64,000 nt of DNA from the human T2T-CHM13v2.0 reference genome, Homo sapiens, in NCBI RefSeq assembly GCF_009914755.1, contig NC_060927.1; one strand, given 5' to 3'. The notes beneath the pieces are model-generated. The model had not been told where the DNA came from, searched no databases, and saw nothing but the letters and a program-made list of their open reading frames with translations. Shown one piece after another: positions 43,141 through 57,469 of this stretch (its first letter is position 1; each line of letters starts with the position of its first letter). A program made the position numbers and the translations under genes.

Positions 43141-45984
43141 TTCATTATCTACCATTGGATAAGCCCAACACAATTACAAATTCATAACAAGGAGGTACTT
43201 AGAACATATCTTGACATGACTGAGAACCTATTATTAGTTCAATTGGATGGTTAAAAGCTTTGTTTACAACTTCTCCAAACCTGACCATATGTTCATGTCA
43301 GAAACAAATCAACCTTTTCTAACCAACCACATAATACTTCTGGCCTGCTTCAATTTGCCCACAGCCTCTCAGCTAAGCCATCAGAGTTGTAGAAAGAAAG
43401 AAAAAAAAAGAGAAAGTTGTATATAGCACAGGAGATTGTTAAGAAACGTTTCCTAGGCCTTAGGGGTGCCTTTACAACATTGACATCTTTAAGACAGGGA
43501 CATTTTCCAAAGAGTGCTGACAGAGGGGTTGGTGTCTGTCAAGTGTGCTGACCCCGTTTTGATCATATCCAAGGCACTTCCAAGTCTCACTAACTGAACC
43601 TAAATGATTTGGGAACTCATAAAGAAACCTGATACCAGGGATGTGCACTTTCATTACGATGTTCCATTTCATTATTTTGCAAAACCCTGGTGAATATATC
43701 TGACTCCCACTGAGATCAGATCTGAAAAGCTCACACAGAGACAAGAGCACATGGGCTGAAAATCAGAGAGAGGTCACCAGTGGAATGTGAGAAGCTATGT
43801 TTTGACATTTGTCAAATGTTAACAAAAACAATCCTCATTAATCTTATATCTGTGAATAGTGAAAGGTAACAGCAGGAACAAATAAGACATGGATAATGCA
43901 AAGCATGAGCTAATGTAAAATGAATTCATATTTGATTAGTGGATACACGATGTAATTTCTGCAATATCTATTTGTTCTTATGTTTTCTTCTGCGAATGTT
44001 ATAATTGGGTTCAACTCCCTGAGTACAACCTGGTTAAGTGACACTGTGCACTTAAATATTTTCAATGAATCATGATTAACAACGTTTTCGTAAGTAGCAG
44101 AAATCTTACCCAGGCACAAATAGGTCGGAGTGTATATACTGGTTGAAATCACAGAGAGTCTCTTGAGTAAGAAAATCTTTTGAGCAGGAAATATCTGAAT
44201 CAGCCAGCAGTATTGGAAAAGCATGTGTATCAGAAGACTTGGGAACATTGTGTTGTGATAAGGAAACATTAAATTCAACAGAAATTTTGATGAGAATTTT
44301 AGCTAGAAAATACAATGTTATTTGGTTAAGGACAGAACCCCCAATCTTGTCTGAGGCAAGAATTACATGCTGAAACCTCCGCCCCAGCCCTGGGTCCAGA
44401 CTCCTGTGTGAAAGAGACCGCAGTGCAGACGGCTGACTTCAGCACTGCATGTATGCTGGATGCTCAATAACTGTGGAAGATAATGAAGTTCAATATTGAT
44501 TTTTTCAGTCATATCCAGACCCCCAGATAATAAGAAATGGTGCAGTGTCATCACCTCAGCTTAAAGGACAAATGAAAAAGCTCACTGCAGGATTTGCATG
44601 TTATATCTATTTTCTCCTTTACATGAAATTTCCCTTTGCAAATGTTATCCATTGGAAATTTTCTGCCCATGATTTCAAATTGGCTAAACTTCAACAGGAC
44701 TTAGACATACACTCTGAAGTCAGGAACACAGCCCTACATTCTCTCCGGATTCTCTCATGGAATAATTTTATGACCCCGGGTTATATCACTTCATCTTTCT
44801 TAGTCTCAATTACTTCATTTGCTTAATGAATGGTCAGAGGGAAACAATGTCATCAAAGATCCCTTTCAGTCAAATGAATTGAAGCAGGAACAGTCTGTCA
44901 TCTCATATAATATGAATCCCTCACTTAGAAGTATGATATTTTAGACTTGAACTATCACAAGGAGTATTAGATCAGAGCAAAGGACGGGCTTAATTTTTAA
45001 GAAGCATCTAGAGGTACTGAAGTTAAGGTTATAAGGCAAATCACATAATCACCATCCCAAAATATTATATGAAAATAGTCATCTATCCTGAAAAGCAGGT
45101 AACTAAATTAGATCAACACTTGAGATCCCAATAAGATTTTCTTTATATAGAGAGCTGTTTATCTGCTCTGACTTCTGTATTTTAAATTATTTTGGGCTAC
45201 TATCCTTCCATTGCTATTATAAATCATTAGAAACTCAAAATTTTCCTTATTATATATGTGAAATAATTCAATGAAAACTATTAACACAGTTGAAAACAGT
45301 AGTAGATGCAGACAAGCACATGTATTTAATGGATTCACTGCTCAACAGATGATCAGATCTATCCAAATTGTGCATGTCTAAAGCTGTCATCATATCTCTT
45401 ACCTCTTTTTTATCCTCACAGTGAAGAAGAAATGCAACATGGCAAAACTCATATCTTGGGAAGGCAGGTGTTTTTGGTAATAACAAAAAAGTTAAAGTTG
45501 CTCAATTCTCAGTGTACAGATAAAAGTCTCCTGAAGAATTTAAAGATGGTAATTATGTATACTCACTAAAATCAGTTAGGAAAACCTAACTTTCATTCTT
45601 TGTACAAAAAGAAAAGTGATTATGTATACATATATACTATAGGACACTTCAAAAACAGTGCATAAATATCAGGTACATTTAATGGCATCATTGCACAGAA
45701 AGCTTATCCTGTGTCACAGAAGCATTTCATCTGAGGTTAAAATCTCCGATGTCGGATTGCAAACCTGCTTTGTGCAAAGCACTATAATAGGAAGAATAAT
45801 ACGTTGACACCAAAGAAACAGGTTTGGAGAAGCTTAGAGTCTAGTAGAAAAGAACAATAGCTATTCAAGTCAAGGTTTCCTGAGATCTTTTCAAACTAAC
45901 CTTGATATGAACAATACTGCCTTCTTTGGATTATTGATACATGAGGCTGTCACATAGGTTTTTGTTAACTTTCTCTAAATTATC

Positions 45985-46290
45985 AAGTCATTTGCAGCAG
46001 GTAGGCCAATCCCTTCAAGCCTCTTCACACAATCACCTGCTTAAAGAGGTTTACCTTGACCACTCTACATAAATTAGCAAAACTCGTTACTCTATTACCA
46101 TCAAACAAACAGAATTTTATTGTTCACTTCTTTTCTGTTTCCTCCTCCTAAAATATAAATCCTATGAGCTGGCGAACTTTTGTTTTGTTCCCTATCTTCA
46201 GTTACTAGGATAGTAATTAATACTCAGAAATTGCATTATAAATTTTTGCTGAAGAAGTAAATGGATGGATGGATGGATGGATGAATGAAT
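45985..46290 (+). mobile_element. L2 3' fragment ending in (GGAT)n/(GAAT)n
   Basis: AGAGGTTTACCTTGACCACTCTA...TATAAATCCTATGAG...AAATTTTTGCTGAAG...ATGGATGGATGG. Confidence 0.7.
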
Positions 46291-46657
46291 ATATGTGTAT
46301 TTCCTGGCATGGATGACATGCACTAAATTATTCAAAGAAATAGCCTACTCCGAGTTTATTTTTAAACTATTTTGTACTTTTATAATAGGCATATTTTATT
46401 TCTGCAATCTAATTTTACAAGTATTTTTGTTTAAAAAAGAATAAGGATTGCTGCCCTGCCATGAAATAAAATGACAAAGAATTGTCATTTATTGTCACTA
46501 AAGATTCACACTTGTCCAATTTCTAATCATTTTCAGAGAAAATAATTTCAACTTTTCCACCAAAGTGACCCATTCCAGAATGTGACATCTCTTGTTATAA
46601 GGAAATTCTTTTTTTAGCTCATGTTAATTTTCTCTGTTTTATTTTCCACGTAGTCTG

Positions 46658-46688
<31 letters not shown>

Positions 46689-47649
46689 CTTTGGCAATAG
46701 AAACAATTCCATCACAAGATGCCAACAATTTACTCCAAAAAATATAAATAGAATGAGATGTGCGCGTGTGAAAACCGTATCATCCATAGTAGGAAAGGGT
46801 GTGCCCAAAGGCAAAGAAAAAAAAGTTTTAATTCAAATGAAAGTATACATATACTACGCCAAGTTTTTTTTTTTTTTTTTTCCCCAGTTCCAGGAACTAA
46901 TGAGTAAGAAGTTGTTAGACTTCCTCACATGTCTAAGAACTGGTCCATATTTTTGTAGATGAAACTTACAGAATTTACTTGACAGCACAAACACGTATAT
47001 TTATAAAATAAAAAAAGATGATGGCTGTATCTCTGTCTCTATTTTTAAGGAAGATAATGATAATTATTCATAATACTATTTTATTTCAAGCAGAAAAGAA
47101 ATATTAGTTAATTATGCAATTACCATGTTTTCACCACTTACTTTTCTGAAGCAACAAAATATTATGCAGAGAAATTATATCCTTTTTTATCCCTTAATGT
47201 AAGAATTTCATTTTAGCTGGTCTATTCCTCATAGAATGCCAAACTACTATGATAGAAAGCATGAATAATACACACACAAACGCACACATACACACACACC
47301 TGCACACACACATCCAGTTGATTTTAATAGCTTATAAAAAGAAATTGACAAAATCTATATATTGGTGAATCTCTACATCCACATATCTATATCAACCTAT
47401 TTAGATAAATATAGATATATAAAACACAAATTAAATTTTTTATTATACTTTTTAAGTTCTAGCTAGGGTACATGTGCACAATGTGCAAGTTTGTTACGTA
47501 AGTATACATGTGCCATGTTAGTTTGCTGCACCCATCAACTCGTCATTTACATTAGGTATTTCTCCTAATGCTATCCTTCCCCCAGGCCCCCACCATGGGA
47601 CAAGCCCTGGTGTGTGATATTCCCCTTCCTGTGTAAGTGTTCTCATTGT

Positions 47650-50600
47650 TCAATTCCCACCTATGAGTGAGAACATGCAGTGTTTGGTTTTCTGTCCTTG
47701 TGATAGTTTGCTAAGAATGGTGGTTTCCAGCTTCACCCATGTCCCTACAAAGGACATGAACTCATCCTTTTTTATGGCTGCACAGTATTCCATGCTGTAT
47801 ATGTGCCACATTTTCTTAATCCAGTCTATCATTGATGGGCATTTGGGTTGGTTCCAAGTCTTTGCTACTGTGAATAGTGCCACAATAAACATATGTGTGC
47901 ATGTGTCTTTATAGTACAATGATTTATAATCCTTTGGGTATATACCCAGTAATGGGATGGCTGGGTCAAATGGTATTTCTAGCACTAGATCCCTGAGGAA
48001 TCGCCACACTGTCTTCCACAATGGTTGAACTAATTTACACTCCCACCAACAGTGTAAAAGCATTCCTATTTCTCCACATCCTCTCCCACATCTGTTGTTT
48101 CCTGACATTATAATGATCGCCATTCTAACTGGTGTGAGATGGTATCTCATTGTGGTTTTGATTTGCATTTCTCTGATGACCAGTGATGATGAGCATTTTT
48201 TCATGTGTTTTTTGGCTGCATAAATGTCTTCTTTTGAGAAGTGTCTGTTCATGTCCTTCGCCCACTTTTTGATGGGGTTGTTTTTTTCTTGTAAATTTAA
48301 GTTCTTTGTAGATTCTGGATATTAGCCCTTTGTCAGATGAGTAGATTGCAAAATTTTTCTCCCATTCTGCAGGTTGCCTGTTCACTCTGATGGTAATTTC
48401 TTTTGCTGTGCAGAAGCTCTTTAGTTTAATTAGATCCCATTTGTCAGCATTGGCTTTTGTTGCCATTGCTTTTGGTGTTTTACTCATGAAGTCTTTGCCC
48501 GTGCCTATGTCTTGAATGGTATGGCCTAGGTTTTCTTCTAGGGTTTTTATGGTTTTAGGTCTAACATTTAAGTCTTTAATCCATCTTGAATTAATTTTTG
48601 TATACGGTATAAGGAAGGAATCCAGTTTCAGCTTTCTACATATGGCTAGCCAGTTTTCCCAGCACCATTTTTTAAATAGGGAATCAGTTCCCCATTTCTT
48701 ATTTTTGTCAGGTTTGTCAAATATCAGATGGTGGTAGATGTGCGGTGTTATTTCTGAGGGCTCTGTTCTGTTCCATTAATCTATATCTGTTTTAGTACCA
48801 GTACCATGCTGTTCTGGTTATGGTAGCCTTGTAGTATAGCTGGAAGTCACGTAGCATGATGCCTCCACCTTTGTTCTTTTTGCTTAGAATTGTCTTGGCT
48901 ATGCGGGCTCTTTTTTGGTTCCATATGAACTTTAAAGTAGTTTTTTCCAATTCTGTGAAGAAAGTCATTGGTAGCTTGATGGGGATGACATTGAATCTGT
49001 AAATTACCATAGGCAGTACGGCCATTTTCACAATATTGATTCGTTCTATCCATGAGCATGGAATGTTCTTCCATTTGTTTGTGTCCTGTTTTACTTCGCT
49101 GAGCAGTGGTTTCTAGTTCTCCTTGATGAGGTCCTTCAGATCCCTTGTAAGTTGTATTCCTAGGTATTTTATTCTCTTTGTAGCAATTGTGAATGGAGTT
49201 CACTCATCATTTGGCTCTCTGTCTGTTATTGGTGTATAGGAATGCTTGTGATTTTTGCACATTGATTTTGTATCCTGAGATTTTGCTGAAGTTGCTGATC
49301 AGCTTAAGGAGATTTTGGGCTGAGATGTTGGGGTTTTCTAAATATACAATCATGTCATCCACAAACAGAGACAATTTGACTTCCTCTTTTCCTAATTGAA
49401 TACCCTTTATTTCTTTCTGCTGCCTGATTGCCCTGACCAGAACTTCCAAAACTATGTTGAATAGGAGTGGTGAGAGAGGGCATCCTGGTCTCCTGCCAGT
49501 TTCTAAAGGGAATGCTTCCAGTTTTTCCCCATTCAGTATGATATTGGCTGTGGGTTTGTCATAAATAGCTCTTATTATTTTAAGATACCTTCCATCCATA
49601 CCTAGATTATTGAGAGTTTTTAGCATGAAGGGCTGTTGAATTTTGTTGAAGGCCTTTTCTGCATCTATTGAGATAATCATGTGGTTTTTGTCATTGGTTC
49701 TGTTTATGTGATGGACTGCATTTATTGATTTGCATATGTTGAACCAGCCATGCATCCCAGGGATGAAGCCGACTTGATTGTGGTGGATAAGCTTTTTGAT
49801 GTGCTGCTGGATTCGGTTTGCCTATATTTTATTGAGAATTTTTGCATGAATGTTTATCAAGGATATTGGTCCAAAATTCTTTTTGTTGTATCTCTGTCAG
49901 GCTTTGGTATCAGGATGATGCTAGCCTCATAAAATGGGTTAGTGAGGATTCCCTCTTATTCTATTTTTTGGAATAGTTTCATAAAGAATGCTACCAGCTC
50001 CTCTTTGTATCTCTGGTAGAATCCAGCTGTGAATCCGTCTGTTCCTGGACTTTTTTTGGTTGGTAGGCTATTAATTATTGCCTCAATTTCAGAGCCTGTT
50101 ATTGGTCTATTCAGAGATTCAACTTCTTCCTGGTTTAGTCTTGGGAGGGTGTATGTGTCCAGGAATTTATCCATTTCTTCTACATTTTCCAGTTTATTTG
50201 TGTAGAGGTGTTTATAGTATTCTCTGATGGTAGTTTGTATTTCTGTGGGATCAGTGGTGATACTCCCTCTACCATTTCTTATTGCATCTATTTGATTTTT
50301 CTCTCTTTTCTTCTTAGTCTTGCTAGTGGTCTACCAATTTTGTTGATCTTTTCAAAAAACCAGCTCCTGGATTCATTGATTTTTTTTTTAACAGTTTGTT
50401 TGTGTCTGTATCTCCTTCAGTTCTGCTCTGATCTTAGTCATTTCTTGCCTTCTGCTAGCTTTTGAATTTTTTTGCTCTTGCTTCTCCAATTCTCTTAATT
50501 GTGATGTTAGGGTGTCGATTTTAGATCTTTCCTGCTTTCTCTTGTGGGCATTTACTGCTAAAAATTTCCCTTCACACACTGCTTTAAATGTGTCCCAGAG

Positions 50601-51450
50601 ATTCTGGTACGTTGTGTCCTTGTTCTCACCGGTTTCAAAGAACATCTTTATTTCTGCCTTCATTTCATTATTTACCCAGTAGTCATTCAGGAGCAAGTTG
50701 TTCAGTTTCCATGTAGTTGTGTGGTTTTGACTGAGTTTCTTAATCCTGCGTTGTAATTTGATTGCACTGTGGTCTCAGAGACAGTCTGTTGTGATTTCTA
50801 TTCTTTACATTTGCTGACGAGTGCTTTACTTCCAATTATGTGGTCAATTTTAGAATAAGTGTCATGTGGTGCTGAGAAGAATGTATATTCTGTTGATTTG
50901 GGGTGGAGAGTTCTGTAGATGTCTATTAAGTCAGCTTGGTCCAGGGCTGAGTTCAAGTCCTGGATATCCTTGTTAACCTTCTTTCTTGTTGATCTGTCTA
51001 ATATTGACAGTGAGGTGTTAAAGTCTCACATTATTATTGTGCGGGAGTCTAAGTCTCTGTAGGTCTCTAAGGACTTGCTTTATGAATCTGGGTGCTCCTG
51101 TATTGGGTGCATATATATTTAGGATAGTTAGCCCTTCTTGTTGAATCGATCCCTTTACCATTATGTAATGCCCTTCTTTGTCTCTTTTGATCTTTCTTGG
51201 TTTAAAATCTGCTTTATCAGAGACTAGGATTGCAACCCTTGCTTTTTTTTTTGCTTTCCACTTGCTTGGTAGATCTTCCTCCATCCCTTTATTTTGAGCC
51301 TATGTATGTCTCTGCACGTGAGATGGGTCTCCTGAATACAGCACACTGATAGGTCTTTAGTCTTTATCCAATTTTCCAGTCTGTGTCTTTTAATTGGGGC
51401 ATTTAGCCCATTTACATTAATATTGTTATATGTAAATTTGATCCTGTCAT
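47650..51450 (-). pseudogene. L1 ORF2p endonuclease/reverse transcriptase (disrupted)
   Basis: ATGACAGGATCAAAT start; fragments [53 protein letters not shown] (FADD motif altered), ...MFSLIGGN*. Split over many frames. Confidence 0.95.
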
Positions 51451-51513
51451 TATAATGTTAGCTGGTTATTTTACCCATTAATTGATGCAGTTTCTTCATA
51501 GCATTGATGGTCT

Positions 51514-52536
51514 TTACAATTTGGCATGTTTTTGCAGTGGCTGGTACCAGTTTTCCTTTCCATGTTTAGTGCTTCCTTCAGGACCTCTTGTAAGGCAGGC
51601 TTGGTCGTGACAAAATCTCTCAGCATTAGCTTGTCTGTAAAGGGTTTTTCCTTCTCTTATGAAGCTTAGTTTGGCTGGATATGAAATTCTGGGTTGAAAA
51701 TTCTTTTCCTTAAGAATGCTGAATATTGACTCCCACTCTGTGGCTCATAGGGTTTCTGCCAAGAGATCCACTGTTAATCTGATAGGCTTCTCTTGGTGGG
51801 TAACCCAACCTTTCTCTCTGGCTGCCCTTAAAATATTTTCCTTCATTTCAACCTTGGCGAATCTGACAATTATTTGTCTTGGGGTTGCTCTTCTTGAGGA
51901 TTATCTTTGTGGTGTTCTCTGTATTTCCTGAATTTGAATGTTGGCCTGCCTTGCTAGATTGGTGAAGTTTTCCTGGGTAATATCCTGCAGAGTGTTTTCC
52001 AACTTGGTTCCGTTCTCCCCAGCACTTTCAGGTGCACCAATCAAAGGTAGATTTGGTCTTTTCACATAGTCCTATATTTCTTGGAGGCTTTGCTCGTTTC
52101 TTTTTACTTTTTTCTCTAAACTTGTTTTCTCGCTGTGTTTCATTAATTTAATCTTCAGTCACTGATATACTTTCTTCCGCTTGATTGAATTGGCTATTGA
52201 AGCTTGTGCATGCATCACGAAGTTTTCATGACACCATTTTCAGCTCCATCAGGTCATTTAAGGTCTTCTCTACACTGTTTATCTTAGTTAGCCATTTGTC
52301 TAACCTTTTTTCAAGATTTCAAGGTTTTTAGCTTCCTTCTGATGGGTTAGAGCATCCTCCTTTAGCTCAGAGAAGTTTGTTTTTACCGACCTTCTGATGC
52401 CTACTTCTGTCAACTCGTCAAAGTCATTCTTTGTCCTGCTTTGTTCCATTGCTGGTGAGGAGCTGCGATCCTTTGGAGGAGAAGAGGCGCTCTGGTTTTG
52501 ATAGTTTTCAGCTTTTCTGCTCTGGTTTCTCCCCAT
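51514..52536 (-). pseudogene. L1 ORF1p (disrupted)
   Basis: Starts MGRNQSRKAEN...SSSPAMEQS; breaks after 78 aa. Confidence 0.92.
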
Positions 52537-54339
52537 CTTTGTGGCTGTATCTACCTTTGGTCTCTGACGTTGGTGACCTACAGATGGGGTTTTGGTGTAG
52601 ATATCCTTTGTGTTGATGTTGATGCTATTCCTTTCTGTTTGTTAGTTTTCCTTCTAACAGTCAGGTCCCTCAACTGCAGGTCTGTTGGAGTTTGCTAGAG
52701 GACCACTCCAGACCCTGTTTGCCTGGGTATCACCAGCAGTGGCTGCAGAAGAGCAAATATTGCAGAATAGCAAATATTGCTGCCTGATCCTTTCCCTGGT
52801 AGCTTCGTCCCAGCGGGGCACCCTCCTATATGAGGTGTCTCTCAGCCCCTACTGGGAGGTGTCTCCCAGTTAGGCTACACAGGGGTCAGGGACCCATTTG
52901 AGGAGGCAGTCTATCTGTTCTCAGAGCTCAAATGCCATGCTGGGAGAACCACTGCTCTCTTCAGAGCTGTCAGACAGGGATGTTTAAGCCCACAGAAGTT
53001 TCTGCTGCCTTTTGTTCAGGCATGCCCTGCCTACAGAGATGGAGTCTATAGAGGCAGTAGGCTTTGCTGAGCTGTGGTAGCCTCCACCCAGTTCGAGCTT
53101 CCTGGCCTCTTTGTTTATCTACTCAAGCCTCAGCAATGGCAGATGACCCTCCCCCAGCCAGGCTTTAGCCTGGCAGGTTGATCTCAGACTGCTGCGTTAG
53201 CAGTGAATAAGGCTCTGTGGGCATGGGGCCCGCTGAGCCAGGCACAGGAGAGAATCACCTGGTCTGCCGGTTGCTAAGAATGTGGGAAAAGTGCAGTATT
53301 TGGGCAGGAGTTTCCCGTTTTTCCAGGTATAGTCTGTCACAACTTCCCTTGGCTAGAAAAGGGAAATCCCCCAACCCCTTGCACTTTCCCAGGTGAGGTG
53401 ATGCCCTGCCCTGCTTTGGCTTGCCCTCCATGGGCTGAACTCACTGTCCAACAAGTCCCAATGAGATGAACCACATACTTCAGTTGGAAATGCAGAAATC
53501 ACCCATCTTCCGCATTGATCACACTGAGAGCTACAGACCAGAGCTGTTCCTATTCAGCCATCTTAAAACAGAGCCTGAGTAAGATGTTTTAATCCCAAAT
53601 TAGATTTCTAAGAAAACAAACTGATTAACTCATACAAGAATTACAGTAGGACTTTTTTCTTCATTATCTCAATCGAATGTCACAAAATATTACAAGTTCA
53701 GTCATTAGAATATAGTGAATAAGTGCTAGAAAGGAGGTATGGGGAAATTATATGACTATATGTGAATGTTTGATATAGCTAGATTGTAAACTAAATGATT
53801 TCATACTGTACTTTGCCTAAGTAAATAACTGAAGCTCTATAGCGAGAGTTAAATGCAAATTATCATGCTTTATTTTATATTAAAGAGTCAGAACTGCGTG
53901 AGTTCAAGTTTTAAATTAGCATAATTTTTCTCAAACATTTCCATATAATAACCCATATTATTCAATTATTTTGTAATTTATATACGTTATTATAAAAACC
54001 TATTATAAAATGGTTGCTTATTTTTTGTCTTAATCTAACTTTTCTTTAGCTAATAAGTTTTAAAAATCAGAATTGGCTTGGTACCAAATAAATACGACCT
54101 GCTACATATTTAGAATTCAGGTTTGCAGATGATTTTCAAAAACATTTGACCATACTTGGTTTTCACTGATTAAAACCACTTAAAACATAGTCTTCTTACC
54201 AGATATCATATTTTATTTAATACATTTCTATTACTGAGACTCACCCCTTTGAATATACAATTTTTTCATGTGTAACAGCCAAGTGCAGAGTATACATATG
54301 AACGCTAAGTCACCCTTTCAATTATTCATCCTATTGAAG

Positions 54340-54790
54340 TCAGAAGGGTTAGGATTGAATCCTTACTCCCCGTTAACCAGATGTGCTGCAGTGGCAATGC
54401 ATTCTCTTTTTCAAAAGCTGTACTCATGTCCTGGGAATGGTGACAATGATATCCAACTTAATGCCCACTGCCAGAACTAGATAAAATAGCATGGGTGAAC
54501 CATCCAGAAGAGTTGCTTGCACATAGCAGTCATTCAAAATAATGTTAATCCTTTTCTCTTCCAAGCCCTCTCCCCTTACCATGTTTGTTAGTCATGTGTA
54601 TCTTGGCTAAATTTCCCAAACTTTCTTTGCACCTCAATTTGTTTATTGGTAAAATGATAATATTATATGCCATTTTATGTGATGTCAGGGTCAAATGGCA
54701 GTGGAAAAATATATATACTTTTCTATGTATATAGTGTGTACATGAAAATGCTCTGAAAAGTATAAATAATGCAAATATTTGAGTCATTAT
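54340..54790 (+). mobile_element. Two MIR remnants
   Basis: TTGAAGTCAGAAGGGTTAGGATTGAATCC...; GCACCTCAATTTGTTTATTGGTAAAATGATAAT. Confidence 0.65.
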
Positions 54791-55351
54791 CAGATGAGTT
54801 TTAAAGTAATTAATTCAAAATCTATAATTCTTGAAAGTTTATATTATTTTATAAAGCTTGCTATTCTTGGAAATTTATTTTTAAAACGGGTCAACTGTTT
54901 TCTTCAAATTCACATTTATTTAGGGTCATTAGTTTGCACTTTATAAGTAACTCCATCTAAATACAACATCTTTGGAGCACTTACGTATCTTTTCTGCTAT
55001 ATTAGGCTTCATGACCACATAGTTAATATTTATATATTGATAGATATGTCTTTCTTTAGTTCCTTCCACTTAGTGAATATGCATACTCCAATCAGATGGC
55101 CTGAAAAAGTATGCAACATATGCCTGCATCAGCACAATCCGTTTTAACTTCTAGAAATGCAATGTATGTATGTATACACTGAATGCACATATTGTATATA
55201 TGTGCATGTATCTATATCCTATTAGTTCTGTTCCTCCAAGAGAACCCTGACTAATACAGATTTTGGTACCAGGAGTGGTTCCAGAGGAAGAAAATATTAA
55301 AGGATGAAGTTCTTTCATTGGCTTTAGGGTTTCTGGAGTTGGCTGCTTAAT

Positions 55352-57350
<1,999 letters not shown>

Positions 57351-57469
57351 GGAAGGCCAGGTCCCCTTGAGGAGGGACCCCACTACATTACCAACAATTT
57401 ATGCAGTGAATCTTTCTCCCATCTTTCCCCTAGGAGACCTTCAGCCTTTTCCTAAGAAGACCCAGGGAA

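Larger units (their letters stand above)
47435..53575 (-). mobile_element. Full-length (~6.1 kb) disabled L1PA element, L1PA6/7-like
   Basis: 5' end AAGATGGCTGAATAGGAACAGCTC on the minus strand, 5'UTR, ORF1, ORF2, 3'UTR; probable TSD CAAATTA(A/G)ATTT at 47427-47438 and 53596-53607. Confidence 0.97.

Noticed and set aside
47650-49755. Longest ORFs in the track (200 aa, 182 aa)
   Set aside because: Fragments of a broken L1 ORF2; the element cannot retrotranspose autonomously.
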